Shown: piece after piece, positions 18,906-28,758 of the stretch
Numbering within the stretch: position 1 is the stretch's first letter
Layout: every line of letters starts with the position of its first letter
DNA from: a bacterium
GTDB lineage: Bacteria; Fidelibacterota; Fidelibacteria; Fidelibacterales; Fidelibacteraceae
DNA: 64,000 nucleotides
NCBI GenBank assembly: GCA_963676395.1
Contig: OY781066.1
Location: forward strand, 384,001-448,000
Reading direction: 5' to 3'
Program-made: the position numbers and the translations under genes
The notes under the pieces: generated by a model
The model's database searches: none
Seen by the model: only the letters and a program-made list of their open reading frames with translations
Told to the model about the DNA's origin: nothing

Positions 18906-20813
18906 TTACTTATCTTCGTTCAACTTAGATAGAAGTTCTTCGGGGATCTCGATCTTCTGTGATACGTCTTCTTGTTTAGCCATAACACGAGCGACATCTT
19001 TATCTTCTTCCGATAGACCTAAGTCTTCAGATGCAAGAACGATCTTACGATCATCTTGACGAACTTCGACTACGCGCAGTTCAAGTTCATCGCCAACTTT
19101 GATATTACGTGTATAATCACGTTTGTCTTTTTTAGACATATTGTTCAAAGGAACGATGGCTTCAACTTCTTCGCCTTCAATGGTCATAATAATACCTTTG
19201 TCCAAAACTTTCAGGACAGTAGCTTTAACCATTTTGTTCGATTTATATTTGTTTTCCAAAACTTCCCAAGGATTTTCTTCAAGCTGTTTGTAGCCCAAAG
19301 AGATCTTACGGGTTTCATTGTTTATCTCAAGGATAACAACGTCAATTTCTTGACCTTTCTGGAGAACTTCTTTAGGATGACGAACCACTTTGATCCATGA
19401 TAGATCTGAAACGTGGATCAAACCGTCAATACCATCTTCGATCTCAACAAATGCACCGAACTGAGTCAAGTTGCGTACAATACCCTTGACTTTCATACCG
19501 CTTGTGTATTTCTTTTCAAGTTCATCCCAAGGATCGGGTTGCAATTGTTTAACACCCAATGATATCTTACGATCCTGTGAGTCGATAGCCAATACTTTAG
19601 CTTCAACTTCATCTGAGATCTGATAGATTTCTGAAGGATGTTTAATATGTTGTGTCCAACTCATTTCAGAAATATGGATCAAGCCTTCAACACCTTTTTC
19701 CAATTCTACAAATACACCGTAGTTTGTAATTGAAACGATGCGACCTTTGACAACTGAATCGATGGGATATTTAGATTCAATATCTTCCCAAGGATGTGAT
19801 TCAAGTTGTTTGATACCCAAAGAAACACGTTGCTTTTCTGTGTTATAGTCAATGACTTTAACTTCAACAACATCATCAATAGATAACATTTCCGAAGGAT
19901 GCTTAATACGGCCCCATGACATATCAGTGATATGTAAAAGTCCGTCAACACCACCAAGATCAATAAAAGCACCAAAATCTGTAATATTCTTTACGCGACC
20001 TTTAAGTACCTGATCAACTTGGATCTGTGAAAGCAATTCTTCACGTTTTTCTTTGAGAGCTTCTTCAAGAATTTCTTTGCGAGACACAACAATGTTCTTA
20101 CGAGCTTCGTTAAGTTTCACAATCTTCAATTCCATGTTCTTACCAACGTATGCATCGAAATCAATAACGGGGCGTACATCGATTTGTGAACCGGGTAGGA
20201 AACCTTCAACACCGCCAAGATCAACGACCATACCGCCTTTAATACGTTTGACAATGTAACCTTCAATGATACCATCGGCATCATGAACTTCTTTGAGGCG
20301 TTCCCATGCGCGGAGGAAATCCGCTTTTTTCTTAGACAGGATCAACTGGCCTTTACGGTCTTCGATCTTGTCGACATATATTTCAATCTCATCTCCAAGT
20401 TCGGGGATATTGTTGCCAAATTCATCAACAGGGATCAAACCTTCAGATTTGAAACCTATATCAACGACAACTTCTTTGTCCGTAATACGGATAACGTGAC
20501 CGTTCACGCGTTCATTGTTAGAGAACTTGTTTAATGTCTTTTCGTACATTTTTTCAAGTTCAGGATTGATCTCTTCTTCTACCGCTTCGATCAAATCTTC
20601 ACGTTTAACTGTTTTGATCTGTGCGTAGATGTCACTAGACAGTTGGTTTTTAGCCTCAGCTGCCTTTTCAACAGGTGCTTCTTCTACAGTTTCTTCAACT
20701 TTTTCCTCAACCTGTTCTTCTTTTACGTCTTCAGTTGCAGTCTCAACGACTTCTTCAACTTTTACGTCTTCCTGAGGGTTTACGGGTTCTACGTTTTTCA
20801 ACTCTTCAGCCAT
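18906..20813 (-). CDS. rpsA: 30S ribosomal protein S1
   Basis: Tandem S1 domains (DIGFKSEG, FLPGSQID, FGAFIDLGGVDGLLHI, YGVFVELEKGVEGLIHISE); acidic N-terminal extension. Confidence 0.97.
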   Translation of the reverse strand: MAEELKNVEPVNPQEDVKVEEVVETATEDVKEEQVEEKVEETVEEAPVEKAAEAKNQLSSDIYAQIKTVKREDLIEAVEEEINPELEKMYEKTLNKFSNNERVNGHVIRITDKEVVVDIGFKSEGLIPVDEFGNNIPELGDEIEIYVDKIEDRKGQLILSKKKADFLRAWERLKEVHDADGIIEGYIVKRIKGGMVVDLGGVEGFLPGSQIDVRPVIDFDAYVGKNMELKIVKLNEARKNIVVSRKEILEEALKEKREELLSQIQVDQVLKGRVKNITDFGAFIDLGGVDGLLHITDMSWGRIKHPSEMLSIDDVVEVKVIDYNTEKQRVSLGIKQLESHPWEDIESKYPIDSVVKGRIVSITNYGVFVELEKGVEGLIHISEMSWTQHIKHPSEIYQISDEVEAKVLAIDSQDRKISLGVKQLQPDPWDELEKKYTSGMKVKGIVRNLTQFGAFVEIEDGIDGLIHVSDLSWIKVVRHPKEVLQKGQEIDVVILEINNETRKISLGYKQLEENPWEVLENKYKSNKMVKATVLKVLDKGIIMTIEGEEVEAIVPLNNMSKKDKRDYTRNIKVGDELELRVVEVRQDDRKIVLASEDLGLSEEDKDVARVMAKQEDVSQKIEIPEELLSKLNEDK

Positions 20814-21470
20814 TCATTTTCCTCCATGTTTTGGCTCTTTGGATTTGATGTATGATAATATATTATCAACCTGTTCGTCAAACGATACATTCGATGTATC
20901 AATTTCAATGGCATCGTCCGCTTTTTTTAAAGGGGAGTGCGCTCTAGAAGAATCTTTTTCATCTCGCCTTAAAAGATCTGCTTTAACTTCTTCTAAACTC
21001 ATTTTCTCTTTACTTTCCTTTTGTCTGCGCTGCGCGCGAACTTCGGGATCGGCAACAAGAAAAAACTTATAATCGGCATCAGGAAAAACAACGGTACCAA
21101 TATCGCGTCCCTCCATTACAATATCATGATCAGCTGCAATCTCACGTTGTTTGTCGACCATAAGACCTCTTACAACCGGATTTGCCGATACCGGAGTAAC
21201 CGCTTTATTCGCGGCATCCATGCGTATCTCTTCGCTAACATTTTTGCCATCAAGAAAAACTTTCTGTCCTTCAAAACGAATTTCCATACTCTTAGCGACC
21301 CTGGCGACCTCATTGTCGTCATAAGGATCTATGCCCAAATGAAGTGCTCCAACCGATATGGCGCGATACATTGCACCTGTATCTAAGTATGTGATCTTCA
21401 ACGCTTTAGCTATCGCTTTAGCTGTTGAACTCTTCCCGGATCCGGAAGGACCATCAATAGCAATAATCAT
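20814..21470 (-). CDS. cmk: cytidylate kinase
   Basis: IAIDGPSGSGKS, YLDTGAMYR, EGRDIGTVVFPDA, RD..DSSR; upstream of rpsA; start trimmed to 21470. Confidence 0.97.
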   Translation of the reverse strand: MIIAIDGPSGSGKSSTAKAIAKALKITYLDTGAMYRAISVGALHLGIDPYDDNEVARVAKSMEIRFEGQKVFLDGKNVSEEIRMDAANKAVTPVSANPVVRGLMVDKQREIAADHDIVMEGRDIGTVVFPDADYKFFLVADPEVRAQRRQKESKEKMSLEEVKADLLRRDEKDSSRAHSPLKKADDAIEIDTSNVSFDEQVDNILSYIKSKEPKHGGK

Positions 21471-21583
21471 GATATAATACCTTTTCCACTTTTTCAAAAA
21501 AGCAGGTGAATTTAAGTCTGAAAAAAGTTCAAACAAAGTATTTTTTTCTTTGGTTAGATTAATTAATTATTGTATAATAAGAG

Positions 21584-21705
21584 CGTCAATTGACATATCT
21601 CATAATTGAGTGGAACAAGTTAAAATAACTTGATTATATATTTCAAGTTCCCTCCTGTGTAGAAAAATGCCGACACGACCCCAAGTGTCGGCATTTTTCG
21701 TTTTT
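21584..21705 (+). ncRNA. candidate small RNA with an anti-Shine-Dalgarno motif
   Basis: Promoter TTGGTT(21550)-17-TATAAT(21573), short hairpins, single-stranded CCCTCCT at 21650-21656, and a strong terminator. Confidence 0.5.
21662..21705 (+). terminator. intrinsic terminator (perfect 15-bp inverted repeat)
   Basis: GAAAAATGCCGACAC ... GTGTCGGCATTTTTC followed by GTTTTT. Confidence 0.8.
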
Positions 21706-21871
21706 ACGGGTGTTTTTTCACCTATCAATACGCTTAAAAACTGCTGAATTATTTCCATATAATGTAGTGATATTAAAGCCAATATACCATATATCGACAT
21801 ATTTCGAGAATTCCAAGGTTCTGAGGTCACTATTATATTGATTTTTATAGAATTAAGTATTAAAATATTGC

Positions 21872-22570
21872 ATGAATAAAAAACGACTCCTGTTCGCACT
21901 GCTTATTGTTCCATTTCTATTTTCTTATGCATCAGAAGAAGTGTTTTTCACTTTTGGCAGTGATGTCAGCACCTCATATATTTTCCGAGGACAACTTCCC
22001 GCAGCCAAGCAACCAAGCTTTGGATTGAATTTTTCAGCTTTCTTTTATAATTTAAATATCAATATTTCACAATGGTTTGTAAACTCGATCTCTCATCCGG
22101 GAGATTATCGTGAGCTAGGTACAATGGTAAGTTATTATCATTATTTCAGTGACAGGTTCATCGGCTCTGCCGGAATGACATTATATCTCCTTCCCGATGT
22201 TGCCCAAACCCCTTTAGCGAATACCGAAGCAAGCATTACCTTTGCTGACATGAATTCATTTATCCCTTATTTTATCGAAGCATATTACGATTTCGTTTTA
22301 AAAAGCATGTATGTTAAACTTCTTGCCGGCTATAGTTTTGATGCCTTTATTCCAGTTAATTTGACATTAGCAAGTGGATTTGATTTACTATCATACAATC
22401 GCTATGGACGCAACAACCCGGCCGGTCTTTCAAACATTGGGCTTTCTGTCAGCACCTACTTCTCCCTAAAAAATTGGCAAATAACTCCTAAAGCATCATT
22501 ATTCTTTTTAAACTCATTAAATTCAACTATATTACCGCAGGTTAACGTAAACTTGAGTTATTCCTTTTAA
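21872..22570 (+). CDS. putative outer-membrane beta-barrel protein (TorF-like)
   Basis: Signal peptide, STSYIFRG motif near the N-terminus, alternating aromatic beta strands, C-terminal LSYSF. Confidence 0.55.
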   Translation: MNKKRLLFALLIVPFLFSYASEEVFFTFGSDVSTSYIFRGQLPAAKQPSFGLNFSAFFYNLNINISQWFVNSISHPGDYRELGTMVSYYHYFSDRFIGSAGMTLYLLPDVAQTPLANTEASITFADMNSFIPYFIEAYYDFVLKSMYVKLLAGYSFDAFIPVNLTLASGFDLLSYNRYGRNNPAGLSNIGLSVSTYFSLKNWQITPKASLFFLNSLNSTILPQVNVNLSYSF

Positions 22571-22585
22571 GTAAGGAGTTCAAAT

Positions 22586-23443
22586 ATGAAAAAAATATTA
22601 GTCGTTTTATTTACATTGTTTGCTTTAAACTCTCTTCTCGCGAGCGAAGAAGTTACGGTTGTCGTATACGAAAAAGAGCTTGAAGGCATATTAACGACAA
22701 GTGGAGATTATTTTTCTCATAAAGAGCTCACTGCCGGTCATGAATCTCTCCCGATGGGTTCAATCATTGAAATTATTAATCCGGCAAATAATAAACGAGT
22801 AGAATTAACAGTTAACGACAGGATACTTGATACTAATGGTATGTATTGGATTTCAGGATCTGCAGCTGACATATTAGAGATTAAAAGTATTTATCCTACC
22901 AAAGCACAATTAAATATTTTATATAAGCCCGAAATAAAAGAAGTTTACGAAGAAGAATTACCGACAGCTACAGAGCCGGTCTATGTACATTCAAATCTTA
23001 CAACGGTAGGCTATACTCCAAACCCCTTACCCCCTACACCTATTCCGAACCCACCCGCACAAGTAAAAACATCCACACCAAACATTGTTACCATAACGCC
23101 AAGTATAAGTCAATCAACCCAAACAAGCCCTATACTTGAAGGCTTATCAGAAAATCTTGAGACAGCGATCGGAGATCCGCGTATACCTAAATCTGTTTTC
23201 TCTCAAAGAATAGCATACGGTGTACATATTTATACAACCGTTAACTCTACGGAAGCAATTGAAGTCTCACAACGCTTATACAACTATTTTTCTTGTCCAT
23301 CATATATTGAAAAATATTACTCTCCCTTAGGTAATTGCTACCGAGTCATTGCCGGAGATTATAAAAATGAAGCTGAAGCTATCCAATGGTACAACAAACT
23401 TCTCTCCAGTATTCCTGATATTTTTCTTGTAGAAATTTATTAA
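22586..23443 (+). CDS. RlpA-like protein (DPBB domain, Pro/Thr linker, SPOR domain)
   Basis: LTAGHESLPMGS..INPANNKRVELTVNDR resembles the RlpA DPBB domain; C-terminal YRVIAGDY..EAEA SPOR-like segment. Confidence 0.7.
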   Translation: MKKILVVLFTLFALNSLLASEEVTVVVYEKELEGILTTSGDYFSHKELTAGHESLPMGSIIEIINPANNKRVELTVNDRILDTNGMYWISGSAADILEIKSIYPTKAQLNILYKPEIKEVYEEELPTATEPVYVHSNLTTVGYTPNPLPPTPIPNPPAQVKTSTPNIVTITPSISQSTQTSPILEGLSENLETAIGDPRIPKSVFSQRIAYGVHIYTTVNSTEAIEVSQRLYNYFSCPSYIEKYYSPLGNCYRVIAGDYKNEAEAIQWYNKLLSSIPDIFLVEIY

Positions 23444-23597
23444 CCTTCATATCAGTTCCGAGTTAAAACCGGTTATCAAACATAAATCATTTAATCAACA
23501 AACTGTAGCCACGAGATAAACTGATTCTTAATTCATCTTTATTGTTTTTACTAGCTTAATTTTGTATCATATATCTTTGCGAAAATAAGGAGAATTA

Positions 23598-24740
23598 ATG
23601 CTACATCACCATCCTCTTTTAGATTCTAAGAAACAGGATCTTGCAAGATTATACGAAATTCAAAAAAGAGAAGTCTCTTTTTTTAATATGATTACAGGAT
23701 TTATTTTAAGCATCATCTTTATTCTTTTTGTTTCACAGCCTTTGATTTATGTATTACCCGGTCCCAATACCTTAAGATTTATTATTTTCATTTGGTGTAT
23801 GAGTGTTTTTTCATTACCCTTTGATTTAATCTTTGCTTACATATCATCCTACAAAATCGAACATCAATACGGATTTTCAAACCAGAATAAAATACAATTT
23901 TTCATTGAACAATTAAAGGGATTGGGTGTAAATCTAATCATAGGACCTATTCTGGCGGCCGTACTTTTTCTTGCCTTTCAATTAACACCTCAATACTGGT
24001 GGTTGATTGCTGCATTGGCTATGATTCTTATATCCGTTATATTTGCGACACTATATCCTATTTTGATCATGCCTATATTTAATAAATATACACCGATCGA
24101 AGATGAAGAGTTAAAATCCCGTCTAAGTAAAATTCTTGAAAAAGGCGGATTAAAGATCAAAGGCTTTTTTATCCAAGATATGAGCCGACAAACAAAAAAA
24201 GAAAACGCCTTTCTTGGTGGCCTGGGAAAAACCAGACGCGTTGTCCTCAGTGATAATATTATTAAGAATATGAATATTGATGAACTTGAAACCGTTATCG
24301 CTCACGAAGTAGGACATTATAAACATAAGCATATTTGGAAGAACATAGCACTCGGTACAGTTTATCAACTTATTCTATTCTATATTACACACAGACTTAT
24401 GTTTGCATACAATGAATACTATCTTTCAACCTTTGAAAGCAGATTAGAATCATATCCACTTTTCATTCTTTGCTTTGGTGTTCTTAACTTAATGATGTTG
24501 GCACCACTCTCAAATGCTATCTCAAGACATTTTGAAAGACAAGCAGATAATTATGCACTTAACAGCACAAAAAATCCTGATGCTTTCCAGCGTGCAATGG
24601 CCGGACTAGCGAACCGAAACCTTTCAAATGCTTACCCAACAAAATTTATAAAACTTCTTTACTATTCTCATCCACCTGTCGGAGAAAGATTAGAAACCGG
24701 AATAAAATGGGCAGAAGATCACAAGCATGAAAAAGCATGA
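23598..24740 (+). CDS. M48 family (Ste24-like) membrane metallopeptidase
   Basis: NAFLGGLGKTRRVVL, HEVGH, SRHFERQAD, YSHPP. Confidence 0.92.
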   Translation: MLHHHPLLDSKKQDLARLYEIQKREVSFFNMITGFILSIIFILFVSQPLIYVLPGPNTLRFIIFIWCMSVFSLPFDLIFAYISSYKIEHQYGFSNQNKIQFFIEQLKGLGVNLIIGPILAAVLFLAFQLTPQYWWLIAALAMILISVIFATLYPILIMPIFNKYTPIEDEELKSRLSKILEKGGLKIKGFFIQDMSRQTKKENAFLGGLGKTRRVVLSDNIIKNMNIDELETVIAHEVGHYKHKHIWKNIALGTVYQLILFYITHRLMFAYNEYYLSTFESRLESYPLFILCFGVLNLMMLAPLSNAISRHFERQADNYALNSTKNPDAFQRAMAGLANRNLSNAYPTKFIKLLYYSHPPVGERLETGIKWAEDHKHEKA

Positions 24741-25281
24741 TCATGAAACGATAAAAGGTGCTCGCCCCAGCGAGGCATTTCTGATTACTCAAAAACGTCG
24801 AGACATTTATGTGATAGCGGATAACATTCGTTCATTACATAATGTTGGGTCTTTATTTAGAACTTCAGAAGCTGCCGGAATAAAAAAATTATATCTCGTG
24901 GGTATTACAGCCTGTCCTCCGCGGAAAGAGATAAGTAAAACAGCTATAGGTGCTGAAGAAAATGTCCCGTGGGAATATCATAAAAATATTATTCCTCTAC
25001 TGAAATATTTCAAATCTCAAAATATCCCAATTCTCGTATTAGAACATACCGATTCATCAAAAGAATTTCAAAATATAGATTATCCTTTCCCGATTTGCCT
25101 TATTGTTGGAAATGAAGTTGATGGTATTTCAGAAGAAGTGATGGATTATGCAGATATTGCAGTAGAGATCCCGATGTTCGGGATGAAACAATCACTGAAT
25201 GTTTCTGTTGCTTATGGCATTATGCTTTATGAGTTATTGCGACAATTAGGCAATACCAACTTACCCAATACCACTGGATAG
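24727..25281 (+). CDS. TrmH/SpoU family RNA methyltransferase
   Basis: DNIRSLHNVGSLFRT, VGNEVDGI, IPMFGMKQSLNVSVA. Confidence 0.92.
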   Translation: MKKHDHETIKGARPSEAFLITQKRRDIYVIADNIRSLHNVGSLFRTSEAAGIKKLYLVGITACPPRKEISKTAIGAEENVPWEYHKNIIPLLKYFKSQNIPILVLEHTDSSKEFQNIDYPFPICLIVGNEVDGISEEVMDYADIAVEIPMFGMKQSLNVSVAYGIMLYELLRQLGNTNLPNTTG

Positions 25282-26378
25282 TTTGAACCGGTAACTCCAG
25301 AAATATTACCCGGAATTTTCCTGATATGTAAATAAGCAAGATAAGCGAATCCAAAAGCCTCTTTAATATCGGAATCTAAGTTACCATGCTTAAATTTTCC
25401 CACTTGAATATCAGGAAGCTTTTCGGCTAAACGTGTCATTACATACTTATTTAAAGCACCCCCACCCGAAGCCAATACATTAATATCACATGTAGAATTT
25501 TTACTTATTTTATTAATCTCATCAGCAACAGTAATGGCAGTCAATTCACTTAATGTGCGGATAAAATTCAACCATTCATTATAATTCTTTGGTGAATATT
25601 TCTTTAGTAAGTTATTGAAATAATCATAACCAAATTGTTCCTGTCCGGCCGATTTTGGCAATGATCTTTTATAGTAAGGATGTGATAATAATTCATTCAA
25701 TAGCACATTATTAATTTTTCCTTTAAAAGCATATGCACCATCTTTATCGTAATCTTCTCTTCCCTCGGAAAAAGCAATGACTGCCTTATCTATAAGTGTG
25801 TTGGCAGGTCCTGTATCATAGGCAAGAATCTGTCTCTGACTGTTTCTTGCCGGCAAATATGTAAAATTTGCAATACCACCCATATTAAGAGCTATTACAT
25901 CTTCATCGTCTTGTCTTAATAAAAAATCATCTACAATGGGGATCAGTGGTGCTCCTTGCCCACCCGCAACAAGATCCGCTGTTCTAAAATCATAGACAAC
26001 CGGTTTTTCGGTACGGTCGGCGATGCAGTGCGCCTCACCGATCTGTAAAGTATATACCGGTGGATTATGTAATAGAGTTTGTCCATGACTTGCAATAAGA
26101 TCATAATCCATATCAAGCGAAGCAAGTACTTCACCATACCACATTCCAAGTTCCATATCGTAGGTTAAAATATCGACTGTCGATAATTCCAAAGGTTTTT
26201 TGAAAGCTTCGGAAAACTTTTGCGGATAAGGTATATATGTTTTTCCCAACACCTTAAATTTAGGATATTTTCCAAATCCTGTAAACTCTACACAAGCTAC
26301 ATCCAGACCATCAGCTGAGGTCCCGCTCATTAGCCCAAGGATCTTAATACGTTCATCTTCTTTGATCGCCATGGTCAT
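25227..26378 (-). CDS. anmK: anhydro-N-acetylmuramic acid kinase
   Basis: GLMSGTSADGLD, SHGQT, DFR..D..AGGQGAPL, NMGGIAN, DTGPAN, KEAFGFA. Confidence 0.95.
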   Translation of the reverse strand: MTMAIKEDERIKILGLMSGTSADGLDVACVEFTGFGKYPKFKVLGKTYIPYPQKFSEAFKKPLELSTVDILTYDMELGMWYGEVLASLDMDYDLIASHGQTLLHNPPVYTLQIGEAHCIADRTEKPVVYDFRTADLVAGGQGAPLIPIVDDFLLRQDDEDVIALNMGGIANFTYLPARNSQRQILAYDTGPANTLIDKAVIAFSEGREDYDKDGAYAFKGKINNVLLNELLSHPYYKRSLPKSAGQEQFGYDYFNNLLKKYSPKNYNEWLNFIRTLSELTAITVADEINKISKNSTCDINVLASGGGALNKYVMTRLAEKLPDIQVGKFKHGNLDSDIKEAFGFAYLAYLHIRKIPGNISGVTGSNYPVVLGKLVLPNCRNNS

Positions 26379-26476
26379 CCTATCTATTTATTTTATCACG
26401 GTGGCAAAATACAATAAATTCCTTTTTAATAAAATAATTCATTTGTAAAATAGTCAGTAATTTCATGAGGTAATAA

Positions 26477-26923
26477 ATGAGCTATATTCAAACGATCCAA
26501 GCAGACCTGAAGCAAGCTATGCTAAACAAAGAAAGTGATAAAGTTAAAACACTTCGCATGCTAATTTCAAAGTTAAGAGAAAAAAAGATCGCATTAATGA
26601 AAGATCTTGAAGAAGTAGACGAAATTGCAGTCTTAAAAAAAGCTGCAAAAGAACGTCAAGATTCCATATCAACATACACAGCTGCAGGCAGAGAAGATCT
26701 TGTTAAGATCGAAGAAGTAGAACTTGAAATAATAAAAGCATATCTTCCTGCAGAAATGGAAGACAAAGATATTGAAAAGATCGTTAAATCAGTAATAGAG
26801 AAAACAGGTGCATCCTCAATGGCGGATATGGGACGTGTTATGGGTGCTTCAATGAAAGAAATTGCCGGACAAGCGGATGGTAAACGTGTCCAAGCAATCG
26901 TAAAAATAATGTTAGGAGCATAA
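26477..26923 (+). CDS. GatB/YqeY domain protein
   Basis: DLKQAM, KERQDSI..Y..AGREDL, YLP, DMGRVMG, ADGK. Confidence 0.92.
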   Translation: MSYIQTIQADLKQAMLNKESDKVKTLRMLISKLREKKIALMKDLEEVDEIAVLKKAAKERQDSISTYTAAGREDLVKIEEVELEIIKAYLPAEMEDKDIEKIVKSVIEKTGASSMADMGRVMGASMKEIAGQADGKRVQAIVKIMLGA

Positions 26924-26924
26924 T

Positions 26925-27650
26925 ATGTACTGGGTAGATATAATTGCCTTAATCCTAACATTGATCATGGCTTACAGAGCTCAGCAGCATGGTCTGCTGA
27001 CCTCAGCAATGAGACTCATAGGACTTGTCGTGGGTATCATTGTTGCGGTTAATCTTGGAGCATGGGCCGGTGATATGTTAATATCTCAATTTAACATTAC
27101 GCAGGAATTGGCTAATATTATTGGTTACATTCTGGTTTTTATTATTGTTTTACTTGCAGCACAAGTTGTAGGATACTTCTTGCGTTCTATCATACATGCA
27201 ATAAAGCTGGGATGGCTTGATCGCATCGGTGGTATTTTTCTTGGCACTTTAAAAGCTGCTATCATTATTTCTTTATTATTTTGGGTACTTATGGCTCTTC
27301 CATCAGACACTCTAGGTAAAGAAATTCAAGAAAAATCAATTGCTTACAGTATACTTGGAGAATTTACACCAACAATTTATGAAAAATATATTCAGCCTAA
27401 TTTAGATGAAGGTGACATGAAAGACCGTTTAGATTCTTTGATATCACCTACGACTCCTTCAGTAAACATTATGTCAGATTTCGAAGAACAGGTTGAGGAA
27501 CTGAGTCCGGGGAATCAACAAGCCGTCGAGGATATGAAAGAACGTTTTCAGGGACTACCTTTATCTAAGCAAATGACAATTATGTCAAAACTGACAAAAG
27601 AAAACCCCGATCTGCAAGAGATCATTAATATCCTATACGAGAAAGAATGA
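26925..27650 (+). CDS. CvpA family membrane protein with C-terminal extension
   Basis: WVDII, four TM segments, LGWLDRIGGIFLG. Confidence 0.85.
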   Translation: MYWVDIIALILTLIMAYRAQQHGLLTSAMRLIGLVVGIIVAVNLGAWAGDMLISQFNITQELANIIGYILVFIIVLLAAQVVGYFLRSIIHAIKLGWLDRIGGIFLGTLKAAIIISLLFWVLMALPSDTLGKEIQEKSIAYSILGEFTPTIYEKYIQPNLDEGDMKDRLDSLISPTTPSVNIMSDFEEQVEELSPGNQQAVEDMKERFQGLPLSKQMTIMSKLTKENPDLQEIINILYEKE

Positions 27651-28621
27651 AAAATAAAAAACTCCAACTGATTATTGCTATTATCATTTCCGCTGTGGGC
27701 TTGTATATAGCTTTTCATGATATTGAATGGAAAAATTTTATATATGAGATCAAAACGGTAGATATCTACTGGTACTTCGGTGGTATGCTTGCAATGATTA
27801 TTATCATGTTCATTAGAGCGTTAAGATGGCGAATACTGTTATTACCGATAGGAAATTATTCTACCATAAAATTATATAAAGGAACCATTGCGGGATTTTT
27901 TACAAATTATGTTCTACCCTTCCGTATAGGTGAAGTAGTTCGCGCTTATGTAACCGGTCAGTACGTAAAAGAAAAAGGTGCCGTACTCCTCCCCTCTATT
28001 GTAATAGAACGTACTCTTGATGGTATATCTTTTATTATTTTTGTTGTGATCTTTTCGCTGTTTGTAGACCTACCTTTAACCGACAAACAGATTTTCATCG
28101 TAAGAATATTGCTTTTTGTTGTACTTTTTATTCTAATACTAGCTGTTTACTTATACTCCAAGTTTAGGAATAAGATCACTATTTACCTTGATTCCAAGAA
28201 TGGCAAAGCAGCGGAATTTTTAAGAGACTTACACAAAGGGATGTTAACAATTTTTAAAATCCGCCATCCATTTCAAATCATTTTATATAGTTTTTCCATC
28301 TGGTTCATTACAGGCTTGACGTATTGGGCGGGAATCAAAGCAACTCATATCGAATTGGGTTTTATTGAAGCTTTCATACTTTTTGCAACTGCAATGATCG
28401 CAATAGCAATTCCTGCAGCACCCGGCTTTGTTGGAACTTTTCATGCCGCTATGGTGGCAACGCTTGTAGCATTTAATATTGATAAAAACGTGGCTGCCAG
28501 TTATGCTTTCCTACAACATCTTATTGGGATGATCCCTATTTGTTTATTCGGTTTTATTCACTTCCTTGAAGCCAATGTATCAATTAAAGAAATAAGAGAA
28601 AAACAGAAAGAAAACAAATAA
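27647..28621 (+). CDS. lysylphosphatidylglycerol synthase TM / flippase-like domain protein
   Basis: RALRWRILL, NYVLPFRIGEVVR, IERTLDG, PAAPGFVG. Confidence 0.85.
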   Translation: MKNKKLQLIIAIIISAVGLYIAFHDIEWKNFIYEIKTVDIYWYFGGMLAMIIIMFIRALRWRILLLPIGNYSTIKLYKGTIAGFFTNYVLPFRIGEVVRAYVTGQYVKEKGAVLLPSIVIERTLDGISFIIFVVIFSLFVDLPLTDKQIFIVRILLFVVLFILILAVYLYSKFRNKITIYLDSKNGKAAEFLRDLHKGMLTIFKIRHPFQIILYSFSIWFITGLTYWAGIKATHIELGFIEAFILFATAMIAIAIPAAPGFVGTFHAAMVATLVAFNIDKNVAASYAFLQHLIGMIPICLFGFIHFLEANVSIKEIREKQKENK

Positions 28622-28648
28622 GATTAATAAAGATTTTACTATGAATAA

Positions 28649-28680
28649 GAATAGCCTGGGATTTACCCCCCAGGCTATTC
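28649..28680. terminator. bidirectional terminator between convergent genes
   Basis: GAATAGCCTGGG...CCCAGGCTATTC 12-bp inverted repeat. Confidence 0.75.
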
Positions 28681-28758
28681 ATTATTTAAACCCGTTTTTA
28701 TAAAAATAACGGAAATCAATAAATTTGAAAGAAAACCCGATTTAACATTGATAATTAT

